Source: Candidatus Limnocylindria bacterium
GTDB lineage: Bacteria; Chloroflexota; Limnocylindria; P2-11E
NCBI GenBank assembly: GCA_041496945.1
Contig: JBGQFO010000001.1
Span: 46,756-110,755, forward strand
Length of the DNA: 64,000 nucleotides
Direction of reading: 5' to 3'
Shown: one piece after another, positions 54,704 to 64,000 of the stretch
How the letters are laid out: each line of letters opens with the position of its first letter
How positions within the stretch are numbered: the stretch's first letter is position 1
The notes under the pieces: generated by a model
What the model saw: only the letters and a program-made list of their open reading frames with translations
The model's database searches: none
What the model was told of the DNA's origin: nothing
Made by a program: the position numbers and the translations under genes

Positions 54704-55647
54704 AATGGTCACGGCGCCATGTCCTCGACACGGACGATTGGTCGCGCGAGGAGATCGAGGCGGTCCTCGAGACGACCGGCGCGATGGTCGAGATCCTTCA
54801 GCGTCCCGTTCGCCGCGCGCCGCCCCTGCGCGGAAAGACGGTGATCCTCTTCTTCGCCGAGTCTTCCACCCGGACCCGCGTGTCCTTCGAGCTTGCGGCG
54901 AAGGCCCTCTCGGCCGACGTCACGACCATCACCGCGTCCGGGTCGAGCGTCGAGAAGGGCGAGACGCTCTACGACACGGTCCGCACGCTGCAGGCGCTGG
55001 GGGGCGACATCGTGGTCATGCGCCACGCATCGTCTGGTGCGCCGTACTTCGTGGCGGAGCGCACCGACGCCGCGGTGATCAACGCGGGCGATGGGTGGCA
55101 CGCCCATCCGACGCAGGGGCTGCTCGACGCATACACCCTGCGTGGTGCGCTCGGCGACCTGGCCGGGAAGCGGATCGTCATCGTCGGCGACGTCGTGCAC
55201 AGCCGAGTCGCGCGCTCGGACATCAACACGCTCGCGCCGCTCGGCGCGACCATCACGCTCTCCGGCCCGCCGACGCTCATGCCGAGAGCCTGGCGCCGTG
55301 GCGCGCTGCCGCCCTGCGTGACGTACGAGCCGGACCTCGACCGCGCGCTCGAGGACGCCGACGGCGTCATCGCCCTGCGTCTCCAGAAGGAGCGCCAGGA
55401 GGGCGGCCTGCTGCCGTCGCTGCGCGAGTACAGCCACGTGTGGGGCCTCACCGAGGCCCGCGTCGCGCGCATGAGGCCGAACGCCCCGGTCATGCACCCC
55501 GGGCCGATGAACGAGGGCGTCGAGATCGAGGCGGCGGTCGCGCACGGCGCGCGGTCGCTGGTCGAGACCCAGGTGACCAATGGGGTCGCCGTCCGCATGG
55601 CACTCCTCTATCTGCTCGTCGGCACACCGTCCCTGGAGGCGAACTAA
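54700..55647 (+). CDS. pyrB: Aspartate carbamoyltransferase catalytic subunit
   Basis: An ATGA overlap links it to pyrR. The motifs ESSTRTR and HPTQ and the HP(G/L)P-type motif MHPGPMN are present. Confidence 0.92.
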   Translation: MKWSRRHVLDTDDWSREEIEAVLETTGAMVEILQRPVRRAPPLRGKTVILFFAESSTRTRVSFELAAKALSADVTTITASGSSVEKGETLYDTVRTLQALGGDIVVMRHASSGAPYFVAERTDAAVINAGDGWHAHPTQGLLDAYTLRGALGDLAGKRIVIVGDVVHSRVARSDINTLAPLGATITLSGPPTLMPRAWRRGALPPCVTYEPDLDRALEDADGVIALRLQKERQEGGLLPSLREYSHVWGLTEARVARMRPNAPVMHPGPMNEGVEIEAAVAHGARSLVETQVTNGVAVRMALLYLLVGTPSLEAN

Positions 55648-56874
55648 ATGGACCGCACGGCGATGGCGGCGCGCGGCTATCTCGTCACGCGGGGCTTCAT
55701 CGACCTGCACGCGCACCTGCGGGAGCCGGGCTTCGAGGAGTCGGAGACGGTGGCCACGGGTGCGCGCGCGGCGCTGCGGGGCGGCTTCACCACGGTCTGC
55801 GCGATGCCGAACACCGAGCCGCCGATCGACTCCCCCGGGCTCGTGGCCGAGCTCATCGCCCGCGGCACCGCAGCTCGGGGCGCGCGCGTGCTCCCGATCG
55901 CGACGATCACGCGCGGTCGAAAGGGCCGGGAGCTCGCGGACCTCGTCGAGCTCGCCGCCGCCGGCGCGGTCGCGTTCTCGGACGATGGCTCGCCGGTGGA
56001 TGACGCGCGGCTGTTCCAGCACGCCCTCGAGTACGCGCGGGCGAAGGACCTCCTGATCATCGAGCACCCGCAGGACCTCGCCCTTTCGGGCAAGGGCGTC
56101 ATGAACGACGGCCCGGTCTCGGCGCGCCTCGGGCTCGCGGCGATCCCGAACGCCGCCGAGGAGTCAGCGGTGGCGCGCGCTCTCCTCATCGCCGGAGAGG
56201 CCGACGCGCGCGTCCATCTCACGCACCTCTCCACCGCCGGCTCGCTGGACCTGGTCCGCGCGGCGAAGGCGCGCGGCATCAGGGTCACCTGCGACGTCAC
56301 GCCTCACCACCTCGCCATGACTGACGACTGGGTAAGAGGACGGAGGGCACTCGCGTGGGAGCAAGGGCTCAAGGGCGAGCGGTCGAACGACGAGTCGTCC
56401 GCCGGGACGCCGTTCGATTCGAACACGAAGATGAACCCACCGCTGCGTCGGCTCCACGATGTCCGCGCGCTGTGGATCGGGCTCGCGGACGGCACGATCG
56501 ACGCCATCGCCACCGACCACGCGCCGCACGCGAGCGTGCGCAAGGAGGTCGAGTTCGACCAAGCGGCGTTCGGCATCAGCGGCCTCGAAACCGCGCTCGC
56601 GCTCGTCCTGGGTGGGGTCCGCGCGGGATGGTGCGATCTCGACACAGCGATCCGCGCGCTCACCGACGGTCCCGCGCGCGTGCTCGGCATCGCCCAGCGC
56701 GACGACGATTGGATCGCGATCGATCGCGACGCGACCTGGACGGTCGACGCCGCCGGGCTGGCCACGCTCGGCAAGAACACCCCGCTCTTGGGCCGGACGC
56801 TCCGCGGCCGCGTCATGCTCGCCGTCGTCGGTGGGGAAGTCCGCTTCGACGCAGGTGTCCGTGCCGCGGCCTAG
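55648..56874 (+). CDS. pyrC: Dihydroorotase
   Basis: The motifs DLHAHLREPG and TDHAPH are present. The ATG immediately follows the pyrB TAA stop. Confidence 0.88.
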   Translation: MDRTAMAARGYLVTRGFIDLHAHLREPGFEESETVATGARAALRGGFTTVCAMPNTEPPIDSPGLVAELIARGTAARGARVLPIATITRGRKGRELADLVELAAAGAVAFSDDGSPVDDARLFQHALEYARAKDLLIIEHPQDLALSGKGVMNDGPVSARLGLAAIPNAAEESAVARALLIAGEADARVHLTHLSTAGSLDLVRAAKARGIRVTCDVTPHHLAMTDDWVRGRRALAWEQGLKGERSNDESSAGTPFDSNTKMNPPLRRLHDVRALWIGLADGTIDAIATDHAPHASVRKEVEFDQAAFGISGLETALALVLGGVRAGWCDLDTAIRALTDGPARVLGIAQRDDDWIAIDRDATWTVDAAGLATLGKNTPLLGRTLRGRVMLAVVGGEVRFDAGVRAAA

Positions 56875-56890
56875 GCGGAGTGGCTCCCAA

Positions 56891-56920
56891 TTGCATCTTT
56901 ATTCATCCGGACCGTATAGT
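56891..56920 (+). promoter_or_regulatory. Candidate internal promoter: TTGCAT-N18-TATAGT in an AT-rich spacer before carA
   Basis: Read directly. The -10-like hexamer ends 9 nt before the carA ATG, which implies a leaderless or very short leader transcript. Confidence 0.4.
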
Positions 56921-56929
56921 TATGCACCT

Positions 56930-58060
56930 ATGAGCAGGGCGGCGGTGCTCGGCCTCGAGGACGGCAGCGCCTGGTGGGGAGAGGCGTTCGGTGACGCGGC
57001 GGCCGCCTGGGGTGAGGTCGTCTTCAACACCGCGATGACCGGCTACCAGGAGATCGCCTCGGACGCCTCGTACAACGGCCAGATCGTCGTCCTCACCTAT
57101 CCGCTCATCGGCAACTACGGGACGTTCGATCGCGCGTCCGAGTCGCGGCGACCGTGGATCGAGGCCCTCGTGGTGCGCCAGCTCGACGTGACCTGCCGCG
57201 ACGACACGCTCGACCTCGATGCGTACCTGCGGCAGTACGGCGTGCCCGGCATCACCGGCGTCGACACGCGCGCGCTCGTCCGCCGGCTGCGCGCGAAGGG
57301 CACCCTCCGCGGTGCGCTGCTTCAGGTGCCGCCGCATCTGGCGCACGACCCCGGCGTCGCGCAGGAGGCGGTGGCGAAAGCGCGCGCGTCCGCGCCGCTC
57401 GCCGCGCGCCCACTGGTGGTCGAGGCGACCGGTCTCGCACGTCAGGTCGGCAGCGGCCCGAAGGTCGCCCTCCTCGACACCGGCGTGAAGGAGAACCAGG
57501 TGCGCTGCCTCGTCCGCCGCGGTGCGCTGGTCCGCATGTTCCCGGCGACGGCGAGCGCGCGCGAGGTCCTGCAGTGGGCGCCGGACGGGATCGTCATCAC
57601 GAACGGGCCCGGCGATCCCGCGGCCATCCCGCAGGTCGCGCAGAACGTGAAGCTCCTCCTCGACGCGGCGCTCGGGCGGGCGACATCGCGGCCGCTCCCG
57701 ATCCTCGGCATCTGCCTCGGGCATCAGCTCATCGGGCGCGCGATCGGCGCGAGCACGTCGCGCCTGCCCTTCGGCCATCACGGCGCGAATCATCCGGTGA
57801 AGGACCTGCGCACCGGTGCGGTGGTCATCACCAGCCAGAACCACGAGTTCCAGGTCGACGAGAGCTCGATCCCGAAGGAGAGCGAGTTCATCGTGAGCGC
57901 GCGGAACCTGAACGACGGATCGGTGGAGGGTCTCGCGCACCGCGCACTGCCCATCCGCACCTACCAGTACCACCCCGAGGGCGCGCCCGGTCCGCGCGAC
58001 AACGAGCCGGTCTTCGACGCGTTCGTCGCCGACGTGAACGCGGCGGTCGCCGGCAGGTGA
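56930..58060 (+). CDS. carA: Carbamoyl-phosphate synthase small (glutaminase) subunit
   Basis: FNTAMTGYQE and YPLIGNYG are present, and the GATase triad motifs are GICLGHQ and YQYHPE. Confidence 0.92.
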   Translation: MSRAAVLGLEDGSAWWGEAFGDAAAAWGEVVFNTAMTGYQEIASDASYNGQIVVLTYPLIGNYGTFDRASESRRPWIEALVVRQLDVTCRDDTLDLDAYLRQYGVPGITGVDTRALVRRLRAKGTLRGALLQVPPHLAHDPGVAQEAVAKARASAPLAARPLVVEATGLARQVGSGPKVALLDTGVKENQVRCLVRRGALVRMFPATASAREVLQWAPDGIVITNGPGDPAAIPQVAQNVKLLLDAALGRATSRPLPILGICLGHQLIGRAIGASTSRLPFGHHGANHPVKDLRTGAVVITSQNHEFQVDESSIPKESEFIVSARNLNDGSVEGLAHRALPIRTYQYHPEGAPGPRDNEPVFDAFVADVNAAVAGR

Positions 58061-58884
58061 CCCGCCACGAGTACGCGCTCCTCGACGTGTTCACCGACAG
58101 GAAGTTCGGCGGCAACCAGCTCGCCGTGTTCCAGGGCGGCTCCGCGGTGCCCGAGAGCGCGATGCAGTCGATCGCGAAGGAGCTCAACCTCCCCGAGACG
58201 GTCTTCGTGCTGCCGCCGCGCTCCGGCGGCGACCACCTTCTGCGCATCTTCACGCCGGCGCGTGAGCTGCCGTTCGCCGGTCATCCGACGGTCGGCGCGG
58301 GCTTCCTCCTGTCCGGGGGCGCGGACGCGACCCTGCGGCTCGAGGAGAAGGTCGGGACGCTCACGGTGACGGTGCAGGGCGGCTTCACCGAGATGGAGCA
58401 GCCGCTGCCGACCTTCCGCGGCGGTCCGGTCCGTGGCGTTGTCGCTCCGCAGATCGCGCTCGAGCTGTCGGACATCGCGACCACGCCGCCCATCGAGATC
58501 GGCTCGAGCGGCAACGAGTTCACGTTCGTCCCGGTGCGCAACCTCGATGCCCTGAGGCGGGCCGCACCGCGCGGGCTCGCGGATGCGGTGTTCCTCTTCA
58601 CGCGCGAGACCGTCGCGCCGGGCTCGACCGTGCACGGCCGGATGTTCGCGGGCTGGCAGGGCGTGGCCGAGGATCCCGCGACCGGCTCGGCCTGCGGTCC
58701 GCTGGGCGCATATCTCGTCCGCCACGGCATCTCGGACGGTGGGAGCATCGTCGTCGAGCAGGGCTATGAGATGGGCCGCCCATCACTGCTCCACGTGCGC
58801 ATCGGCGGGACGCGTGACGCGATCACGAGCGTGCACGTCGGCGGACGCGCCGTCATCACCGGCGGCGGATGGATCGACGCATGA
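58057..58884 (+). CDS. PhzF-family isomerase-like protein
   Basis: A GTGA overlap links it to carA and an ATGA overlap links it to carB. The sequence includes [21 protein letters not shown] and the acidic/Cys motif [15 protein letters not shown]. Confidence 0.8.
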   Translation: MTRHEYALLDVFTDRKFGGNQLAVFQGGSAVPESAMQSIAKELNLPETVFVLPPRSGGDHLLRIFTPARELPFAGHPTVGAGFLLSGGADATLRLEEKVGTLTVTVQGGFTEMEQPLPTFRGGPVRGVVAPQIALELSDIATTPPIEIGSSGNEFTFVPVRNLDALRRAAPRGLADAVFLFTRETVAPGSTVHGRMFAGWQGVAEDPATGSACGPLGAYLVRHGISDGGSIVVEQGYEMGRPSLLHVRIGGTRDAITSVHVGGRAVITGGGWIDA

Positions 58885-61800
58885 AGGTCCTCATCATCGG
58901 ATCGGGACCGATCGTCATCGGACAGGCCGCGGAGTTCGACTACGCCGGGACGCAGGCCTGCCGCGCGCTGCGCGAGGAAGGCGTCGAGACGGTCCTGGTG
59001 AACTCGAACCCCGCGACGATCATGACCGACGCCGGGGTCGCGGACGTCACCTACATCGAGCCGCTCACCGTCGAGGTGCTCGAGCGGATCATCGCGCGGG
59101 AGCGGCCCGACGGGCTCCTGCCCACGCTCGGCGGGCAGACCGGCCTCAACCTCGCGGTCGCGCTCGCGGAGGCCGGCGTGCTCGAGCGGTACGGGGTGCG
59201 TCTCCTGGGCACGCCGCTCTCGGCCATCCAGCGATCGGAGGATCGGGAGGCCTTCAAGCAGCTGCTGGTCTCCATCGGCGAGCCCGTGCCCGAGTCGGCC
59301 ACCGCGCACGCCGCCGCCGAGGCCGTGACGTTCGCGGACCGCATCGGCTATCCCGTGGTCGTCCGGCCGGCGTTCACGCTCGGCGGCACGGGAGGGGGAT
59401 TCGCACGGGACGAGGCCGAATTGCAGCTTACCGCAGCCCGAGGCATATCAGCCTCACCAATTGGCCAGGTGCTGATCGAGCGCTCCCTGGTGGGGTGGAA
59501 GGAGATCGAGTACGAGGTCATGCGCGACGGCGCGGACACCTGCATCACCGTCTGCAACATGGAGAACATCGACCCGATGGGCGTGCACACCGGCGACTCC
59601 ATCGTGGTCGCGCCCTCGCAGACGCTCACCGACAAGGAGCACCAGATGCTGCGGAGCGCGGCGATCCGCATCATCCGCGCGCTCGGCATCGAGGGTGGCT
59701 GCAACATCCAGTTCGCGCTGCACCCCGATCGCGCGCCGACGGCCGACCCCGAAGCGCAGGTCCCGTACTACGTCATCGAGGTGAACCCGCGTGTCTCGCG
59801 GTCGTCGGCGCTCGCGTCGAAGGCGACCGGGTATCCGATCGCGCGTGTCGCGGCGAAGATCGCGATCGGCAAGCGGCTCGACGAGATCCCCAATGCCGTC
59901 ACGAAGAAGACGTCCGCGGCGTTCGAGCCGGCGCTCGACTACGTCGTGGTGAAGATCCCGCGGTGGCCGTTCGACAAGTTCCCCGCCGCCGATCGGACGC
60001 TCGGCACGCAGATGAAGGCGACCGGCGAGGTCATGGCCATCGACCGCACCTTCGAGGCGTCGCTGCAGAAGGCGCTGCGCTCGCTCGAGGTGAAGGGCGT
60101 GGGTCTTCTCTGGGAGGCGCCGGGGTGGGTCGAGGTCACCGATCCGAAGAAATTCGTCGACGGCTTCCTCAGCGGCGCGCCAACTGACGACCGGCTGTGG
60201 CGGGTGTTCGCCGCGCTGCGGCGTGGCGCGACGGTGGACGAGGTCCACGGCGCGACGCGGATCGATCGATTCTTTCTCCGGAAGATGGCGACCATCGTCC
60301 GCTTCGCGGAGGACGAGCTTCAGGGGAAGACGCCGACTCCCGATCTCTTGCGGCGCGCGAAGCGCCTCGGGTTCGCGGACTCGGATATCGCGACCCTCAC
60401 CGGCCTCTTGCCCGCGGACGTGCGACGCCTTCGCGGTCAATGGGGCCTCCGCCCCGTGTACAAGATGGTCGACACCTGCGCGGCGGAGTTCGAGGCGGTG
60501 ACCCCGTACTTCTACTCGACCTACGAGCAGGAGAACGAGGCCACGCCGCTCCCCGGTGAGAAGGCCGTGATCATCGGCTCCGGACCGATCCGCATCGGTC
60601 AGGGCATCGAATTCGACTGCTGCTGCGTGCAGGCCGCGACGGCGCTTCGTGAGCGGGGCGTCGCGCCGATCATGGTGAACAGCAATCCCGAGACGGTGTC
60701 CACCGACTTCGACGCGTCGGCGCGTCTGTACTTCGACCCGCTCGACGAGGAATCGATCGCCAGCGTGCTCGAGAACGAGGGTGGGACCGCGCGCGAGGAC
60801 GGTCACGCGCCCGCCGTGCGGGTCCTCACGCAGTTCGGCGGGCAGACCGCGCTGAACATGGCCGAGCGCATCGTGGGCATCGGCGGTCGCATCGCGGGCA
60901 CCACCGCCGATGCGATCGCGCTGGCGGAGGACCGTCGACGCTTCCACGACTTCGCCGACGGGCTCGCCATACCGCAGCCGCCCGGCGGCACCGCGGCGTC
61001 CCTCTCCGAAGCGCTCGCGGTCGCTACCCAGATCGGCTATCCGGTGCTGGTGCGTCCGTCGTACGTCCTCGGCGGGCGCGGGATGGAGATCGCGTATCAG
61101 AAGGAGGATCTCGAGCGCTACTTCCACTCCGCGCTCGAGGCCGGCACCGGTCGCGTGCTCGTCGACAAGTACCTGCGCGGCAAGGAGGTCGAGGTCGACG
61201 CAGTGAGCGATGGCACCGACACGCTGGTGGCCGGGATCATGGAGCACATCGAGCGCGCCGGCGTGCACTCCGGCGACAGCTACGCGGTGTATCCGGCGCA
61301 GAACGTCCTGCCGGAGGAGCGCCGCCGCATCGTGGAGCTCACCGCGCTCATCGCGCGCTCGCTGCCGGTGCGCGGGCTGCTCAACATCCAGTTCATCGTC
61401 GAGGAGGGCCGCGTGTGGGTCCTCGAGGTGAACCCGCGCTCGAGCCGCACCGTCCCCTTCCTCACGAAGGTCACGGGCGTGCCGCTCGTCAGCCTCGCGG
61501 TGGCGATCTCGCTCGGCTCGACGCTCGCCGCGGAGGGCTACGCGCGCGACGACGGGATCTGGCCGGAGGCACCGCTCGTGGCGGTCAAGGCGCCCGTGTT
61601 CTCGATGGCGAAGCTGCTCGAGGTCGACACCTACCTCGGTCCGGAGATGAAGAGCACCGGCGAGGTCATGGGCGTTGATCGCGCCTTTCCCCCGGCGCTA
61701 TGGAAAGCCCTCGTCGCGGCCGGACTGGCGCCGATGCCCAGCGGCCTCGTGCTCGTCACCGTCGCGGACAAGGACAAGGAGGAGGTCGTCCCGATCATCG

Positions 61801-62159
61801 AGGGCTTCCACTGGCTCGGATACGACCTCGTGGCCACGAGCGGCACGGCCGCGCTCATCCGCTCGCTCGGGATCGACGTGCGCGAGGTCGGCAAGCTGTC
61901 CGAGGGTCGCGACGAGATCCTCGCGGTCATCCGCTCGGGGAAGTGCGCGGCCGTCGTGAACACGCCGACGCTCGGGAAGACCGTGGATCGCGACGGCTTC
62001 CTCATCCGCCGCGCGGCGGTCGAGGCGCGCGTGCCCTGCCTCACCTCGCTCGACACGGCGCTCGCGGTCGTCACGGCCCTGCGCGCGTCGGCGGTCTCAT
62101 ACGACGTTGCACCGCTCGCCGACTACCGTTCGCCGCAGCCTGCGGTGACCGCGAGCTGA
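58881..62159 (+). CDS. carB: Carbamoyl-phosphate synthase large subunit
   Basis: 1092 aa. The ATP-grasp halves are duplicated ([17 protein letters not shown] and [17 protein letters not shown]) and there is an MGS-like C-terminus. Confidence 0.95.
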   Translation: MKVLIIGSGPIVIGQAAEFDYAGTQACRALREEGVETVLVNSNPATIMTDAGVADVTYIEPLTVEVLERIIARERPDGLLPTLGGQTGLNLAVALAEAGVLERYGVRLLGTPLSAIQRSEDREAFKQLLVSIGEPVPESATAHAAAEAVTFADRIGYPVVVRPAFTLGGTGGGFARDEAELQLTAARGISASPIGQVLIERSLVGWKEIEYEVMRDGADTCITVCNMENIDPMGVHTGDSIVVAPSQTLTDKEHQMLRSAAIRIIRALGIEGGCNIQFALHPDRAPTADPEAQVPYYVIEVNPRVSRSSALASKATGYPIARVAAKIAIGKRLDEIPNAVTKKTSAAFEPALDYVVVKIPRWPFDKFPAADRTLGTQMKATGEVMAIDRTFEASLQKALRSLEVKGVGLLWEAPGWVEVTDPKKFVDGFLSGAPTDDRLWRVFAALRRGATVDEVHGATRIDRFFLRKMATIVRFAEDELQGKTPTPDLLRRAKRLGFADSDIATLTGLLPADVRRLRGQWGLRPVYKMVDTCAAEFEAVTPYFYSTYEQENEATPLPGEKAVIIGSGPIRIGQGIEFDCCCVQAATALRERGVAPIMVNSNPETVSTDFDASARLYFDPLDEESIASVLENEGGTAREDGHAPAVRVLTQFGGQTALNMAERIVGIGGRIAGTTADAIALAEDRRRFHDFADGLAIPQPPGGTAASLSEALAVATQIGYPVLVRPSYVLGGRGMEIAYQKEDLERYFHSALEAGTGRVLVDKYLRGKEVEVDAVSDGTDTLVAGIMEHIERAGVHSGDSYAVYPAQNVLPEERRRIVELTALIARSLPVRGLLNIQFIVEEGRVWVLEVNPRSSRTVPFLTKVTGVPLVSLAVAISLGSTLAAEGYARDDGIWPEAPLVAVKAPVFSMAKLLEVDTYLGPEMKSTGEVMGVDRAFPPALWKALVAAGLAPMPSGLVLVTVADKDKEEVVPIIEGFHWLGYDLVATSGTAALIRSLGIDVREVGKLSEGRDEILAVIRSGKCAAVVNTPTLGKTVDRDGFLIRRAAVEARVPCLTSLDTALAVVTALRASAVSYDVAPLADYRSPQPAVTAS

Positions 62160-62170
62160 GGGAGAAGCAC

Positions 62171-62785
62171 GTGAGCTCGTCCATCTATCACGAGGGAAAC
62201 CGCGGTCTGCAGGACCGGTTCGACACGCGGCGCATCGCCGATCGCATCGAGCAGGTCCTCGTCTCGGACACCATCTCCGATCACGACCGGGCGTTCATCG
62301 AGTCGCGCGACATGTTCTTCCTCGCGACCGCGGACGACGCCGGCATGCCGAACTGCTCGTACAAGGGCGGCGACCCCGGCTTCGTGCGCGTCGTGGACGA
62401 GCACACCGTGGCCTTCCCGAACTTCGACGGGAACGGGATGTACCTGTCGATGGGCAACGTCATGGTGAATCCGAGCGTCGGGATGCTCTTCATCGACTTC
62501 GAGCGCGGGCACCGCATGCGGCTCAACGGGATCGCCACGATCGACCCCGCGGACCCGATCCTGTCGGACTACCCGGAGGCGCAGTTCATCGTGCGGGTGC
62601 GCGCCCGCGAGGTGTTCCCGAACTGCCCGCGCTACATCCATCGCTACACCCTGGTCGAGCGCTCGCGGTTCGTGCCGAAGAAGGGCGGGGTCACCCCGGT
62701 CCCCGGCTGGAAGTGCGCCGACTGGTCCGCGGATGCGCTCCCGGCGAAGGATCCCGCGCGCGACCCGACGCGCGAGGTGCTTTGA
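62171..62785 (+). CDS. Pyridoxamine 5'-phosphate oxidase-family (FMN-binding split-barrel) protein
   Basis: A GTG start after GGGAGAAG. The sequence MFFLATADDAGMPNCSYKGG...FPNFDGNGMY is typical of the family. Confidence 0.7.
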   Translation: MSSSIYHEGNRGLQDRFDTRRIADRIEQVLVSDTISDHDRAFIESRDMFFLATADDAGMPNCSYKGGDPGFVRVVDEHTVAFPNFDGNGMYLSMGNVMVNPSVGMLFIDFERGHRMRLNGIATIDPADPILSDYPEAQFIVRVRAREVFPNCPRYIHRYTLVERSRFVPKKGGVTPVPGWKCADWSADALPAKDPARDPTREVL

Positions 62786-63954
62786 ACCGACGCCCTGCCG
62801 CACCGGCGCTGGCGACCGCGCTCGTCGTCTCCGCCTCGCTTCTCGGCGACACGTTCCTCTACACGGTCCTGCCGGTGCAGGCGTCCAGTCTCGGTCTCGA
62901 GCGTCCGACCGTGGGATTGATCCTCTCGCTGAACCGCTGGGTGCGCCTGGGGACGAATCCGCTCGCGGCGCGCCTCTACGGGCGATTCCCCGCGGGCGCG
63001 CTGGTGCTCGTGGCGATCGTGCTCGCCGCGGTCTCGACCGCGATGTATGCGCTCCCGGCGATGCTCGCGGTGTTCTTCGCCGGCCGTCTCCTGTGGGGCT
63101 TCAGCTACTCGCTCCTGCGCCTGGGCTCGTTCCTCTCCGCGCTCGAGGACGCGACCGCGCACGCCGGCCGGCGCATCGGGAACACCCGCGCGGTGTGGGG
63201 CCTCGGCTACTTCGGCGGCGCGCTCTTCGCCCCGTTCGCGACGGTGTGGTGGGGCTGGACGACGGCGATCGTCGCCGCGGCCGCGCTCTCCCTCGCGCTC
63301 GGCCTCGGCCCGGCGCTCCTCGCGGCCGGTTGGCGACGGCATATCGCGATCGTCGAAGGCCACGTGCCGGCCTCGGTGTGGGAGCCGCGCTTCCTCGCGC
63401 TGTTCGCGGCGGCGACGATCCAGCTCGCCCTCTTCGCGGGTCTCCTCGTCGCGGCGGGCGGCTTCCGCGTGGACGAGCTCTTTCACGACGGCGCGCCGAT
63501 CCTGGACGCGGTCGTCCCCGCGACCTTCGTCGCCGCGGCGTTCGCGCTCACGCAGCGAGTCGCGCAGGTCGCGTGGACGCCGCTCGCGGGCCGCTGGAGC
63601 GACCGCTCGGCCACGACGGCCTTCGCGCTGTCGACGACCCTCTCGCTCGTGTCGGTCGCCGCGCTGGCGCTCCCGCTCGATCCGGTCGCCTTCGTGATCG
63701 TCGGCGGGAGCGCGTTCGTGAACGGGCTCACCGCGACGATCGCGGTCGAGCTTGCCGTCGCGCGCCGCTCGCGTGAGGTCGATCGCCCGCGCATCCTCGC
63801 GGCACTGCACACCTGGCAGGACGGCGGCGCCGCGGCCGGCGCGCTCGCCGGCGGCATCCTCGCGACGCTTGGTGCCGCACCGGCGCTGCTGGCCGGCGCG
63901 GGCGTCCTCGCGTTGACGATGCCGCTCTGGTGGGCGAGCGTGGTGCGGTCATGA
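62782..63954 (+). CDS. MFS-like polytopic transporter
   Basis: About 12 hydrophobic helices. The TTG at 62782 overlaps the upstream stop. The track ORF starts at 62713, inside the previous gene. Confidence 0.55.
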   Translation: MNRRPAAPALATALVVSASLLGDTFLYTVLPVQASSLGLERPTVGLILSLNRWVRLGTNPLAARLYGRFPAGALVLVAIVLAAVSTAMYALPAMLAVFFAGRLLWGFSYSLLRLGSFLSALEDATAHAGRRIGNTRAVWGLGYFGGALFAPFATVWWGWTTAIVAAAALSLALGLGPALLAAGWRRHIAIVEGHVPASVWEPRFLALFAAATIQLALFAGLLVAAGGFRVDELFHDGAPILDAVVPATFVAAAFALTQRVAQVAWTPLAGRWSDRSATTAFALSTTLSLVSVAALALPLDPVAFVIVGGSAFVNGLTATIAVELAVARRSREVDRPRILAALHTWQDGGAAAGALAGGILATLGAAPALLAGAGVLALTMPLWWASVVRS

Positions 63955-64000
63955 CCACACGACGGACCGACGCGCAGAAGTGGAAGGTCAGCTCCGCCGA
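63951..64000 (+). CDS. Start of an unidentified gene (3' truncated by the window)
   Basis: ATGA overlap, MTTRRTDAQKWKVSSA... Only 16 codons are visible. Confidence 0.2.
   Translation, partial: MTTRRTDAQKWKVSSA

Overview
High-GC bacterial chromosomal segment, roughly 70% GC by eye (not computed). It is densely coded, with many 1-4 nt start/stop overlaps. The gene content and the pyrR-pyrB-pyrC-carA-carB order resemble Actinomycetota-like soil lineages. I support about 75 CDS, one tRNA-Gly(CCC) and several cis-elements. I saw no rRNA, CRISPR array, transposase or integrase. Left third (2.3-20.5 kb): a stress/dormancy-type island. It holds a GAF histidine kinase with a NarL-type regulator, a second kinase/regulator pair lacking a sensor domain, two tandem-USP proteins, and DoxX, DksA/TraR, YHS, DUF4342, GlsB, DUF2892, DUF421 and CBS proteins. 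These are followed by a pyruvate/2-oxoacid:ferredoxin oxidoreductase operon fused to NfnAB/SudAB-like genes and by an ACT-malic enzyme. Middle (20-42 kb): exporters and regulators, then phoR-phoP, a PHO-box array, pstSCAB-phoU-arsC, a Cys/Thr proline-racemase homologue and ABC transporters. A lower-GC islet at 42.7-44.6 kb carries a lipoprotein, tRNA-Gly and a tandem double-HNH protein. Right part: PIG-L, MGMT, S8 protease, a Ser/Thr kinase with a polytopic membrane domain, a repeat protein, glgA with a GalT-like gene, and the pyr/car operon with an embedded phzF-like gene. The best candidates for something undescribed are these. First, two paralogous 4-Cys miniproteins, not listed in the ORF track. 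One is translationally coupled to the sensor-less kinase/regulator pair. The other sits between the PFOR-Nfn operon and the malic enzyme gene. Second, a recurrent GGGCCGTTCGGCC-type palindrome in intergenic DNA. Third, the single-chain tandem HNH nuclease abutting the tRNA. All functional calls come from reading motifs by eye. No database search was run.
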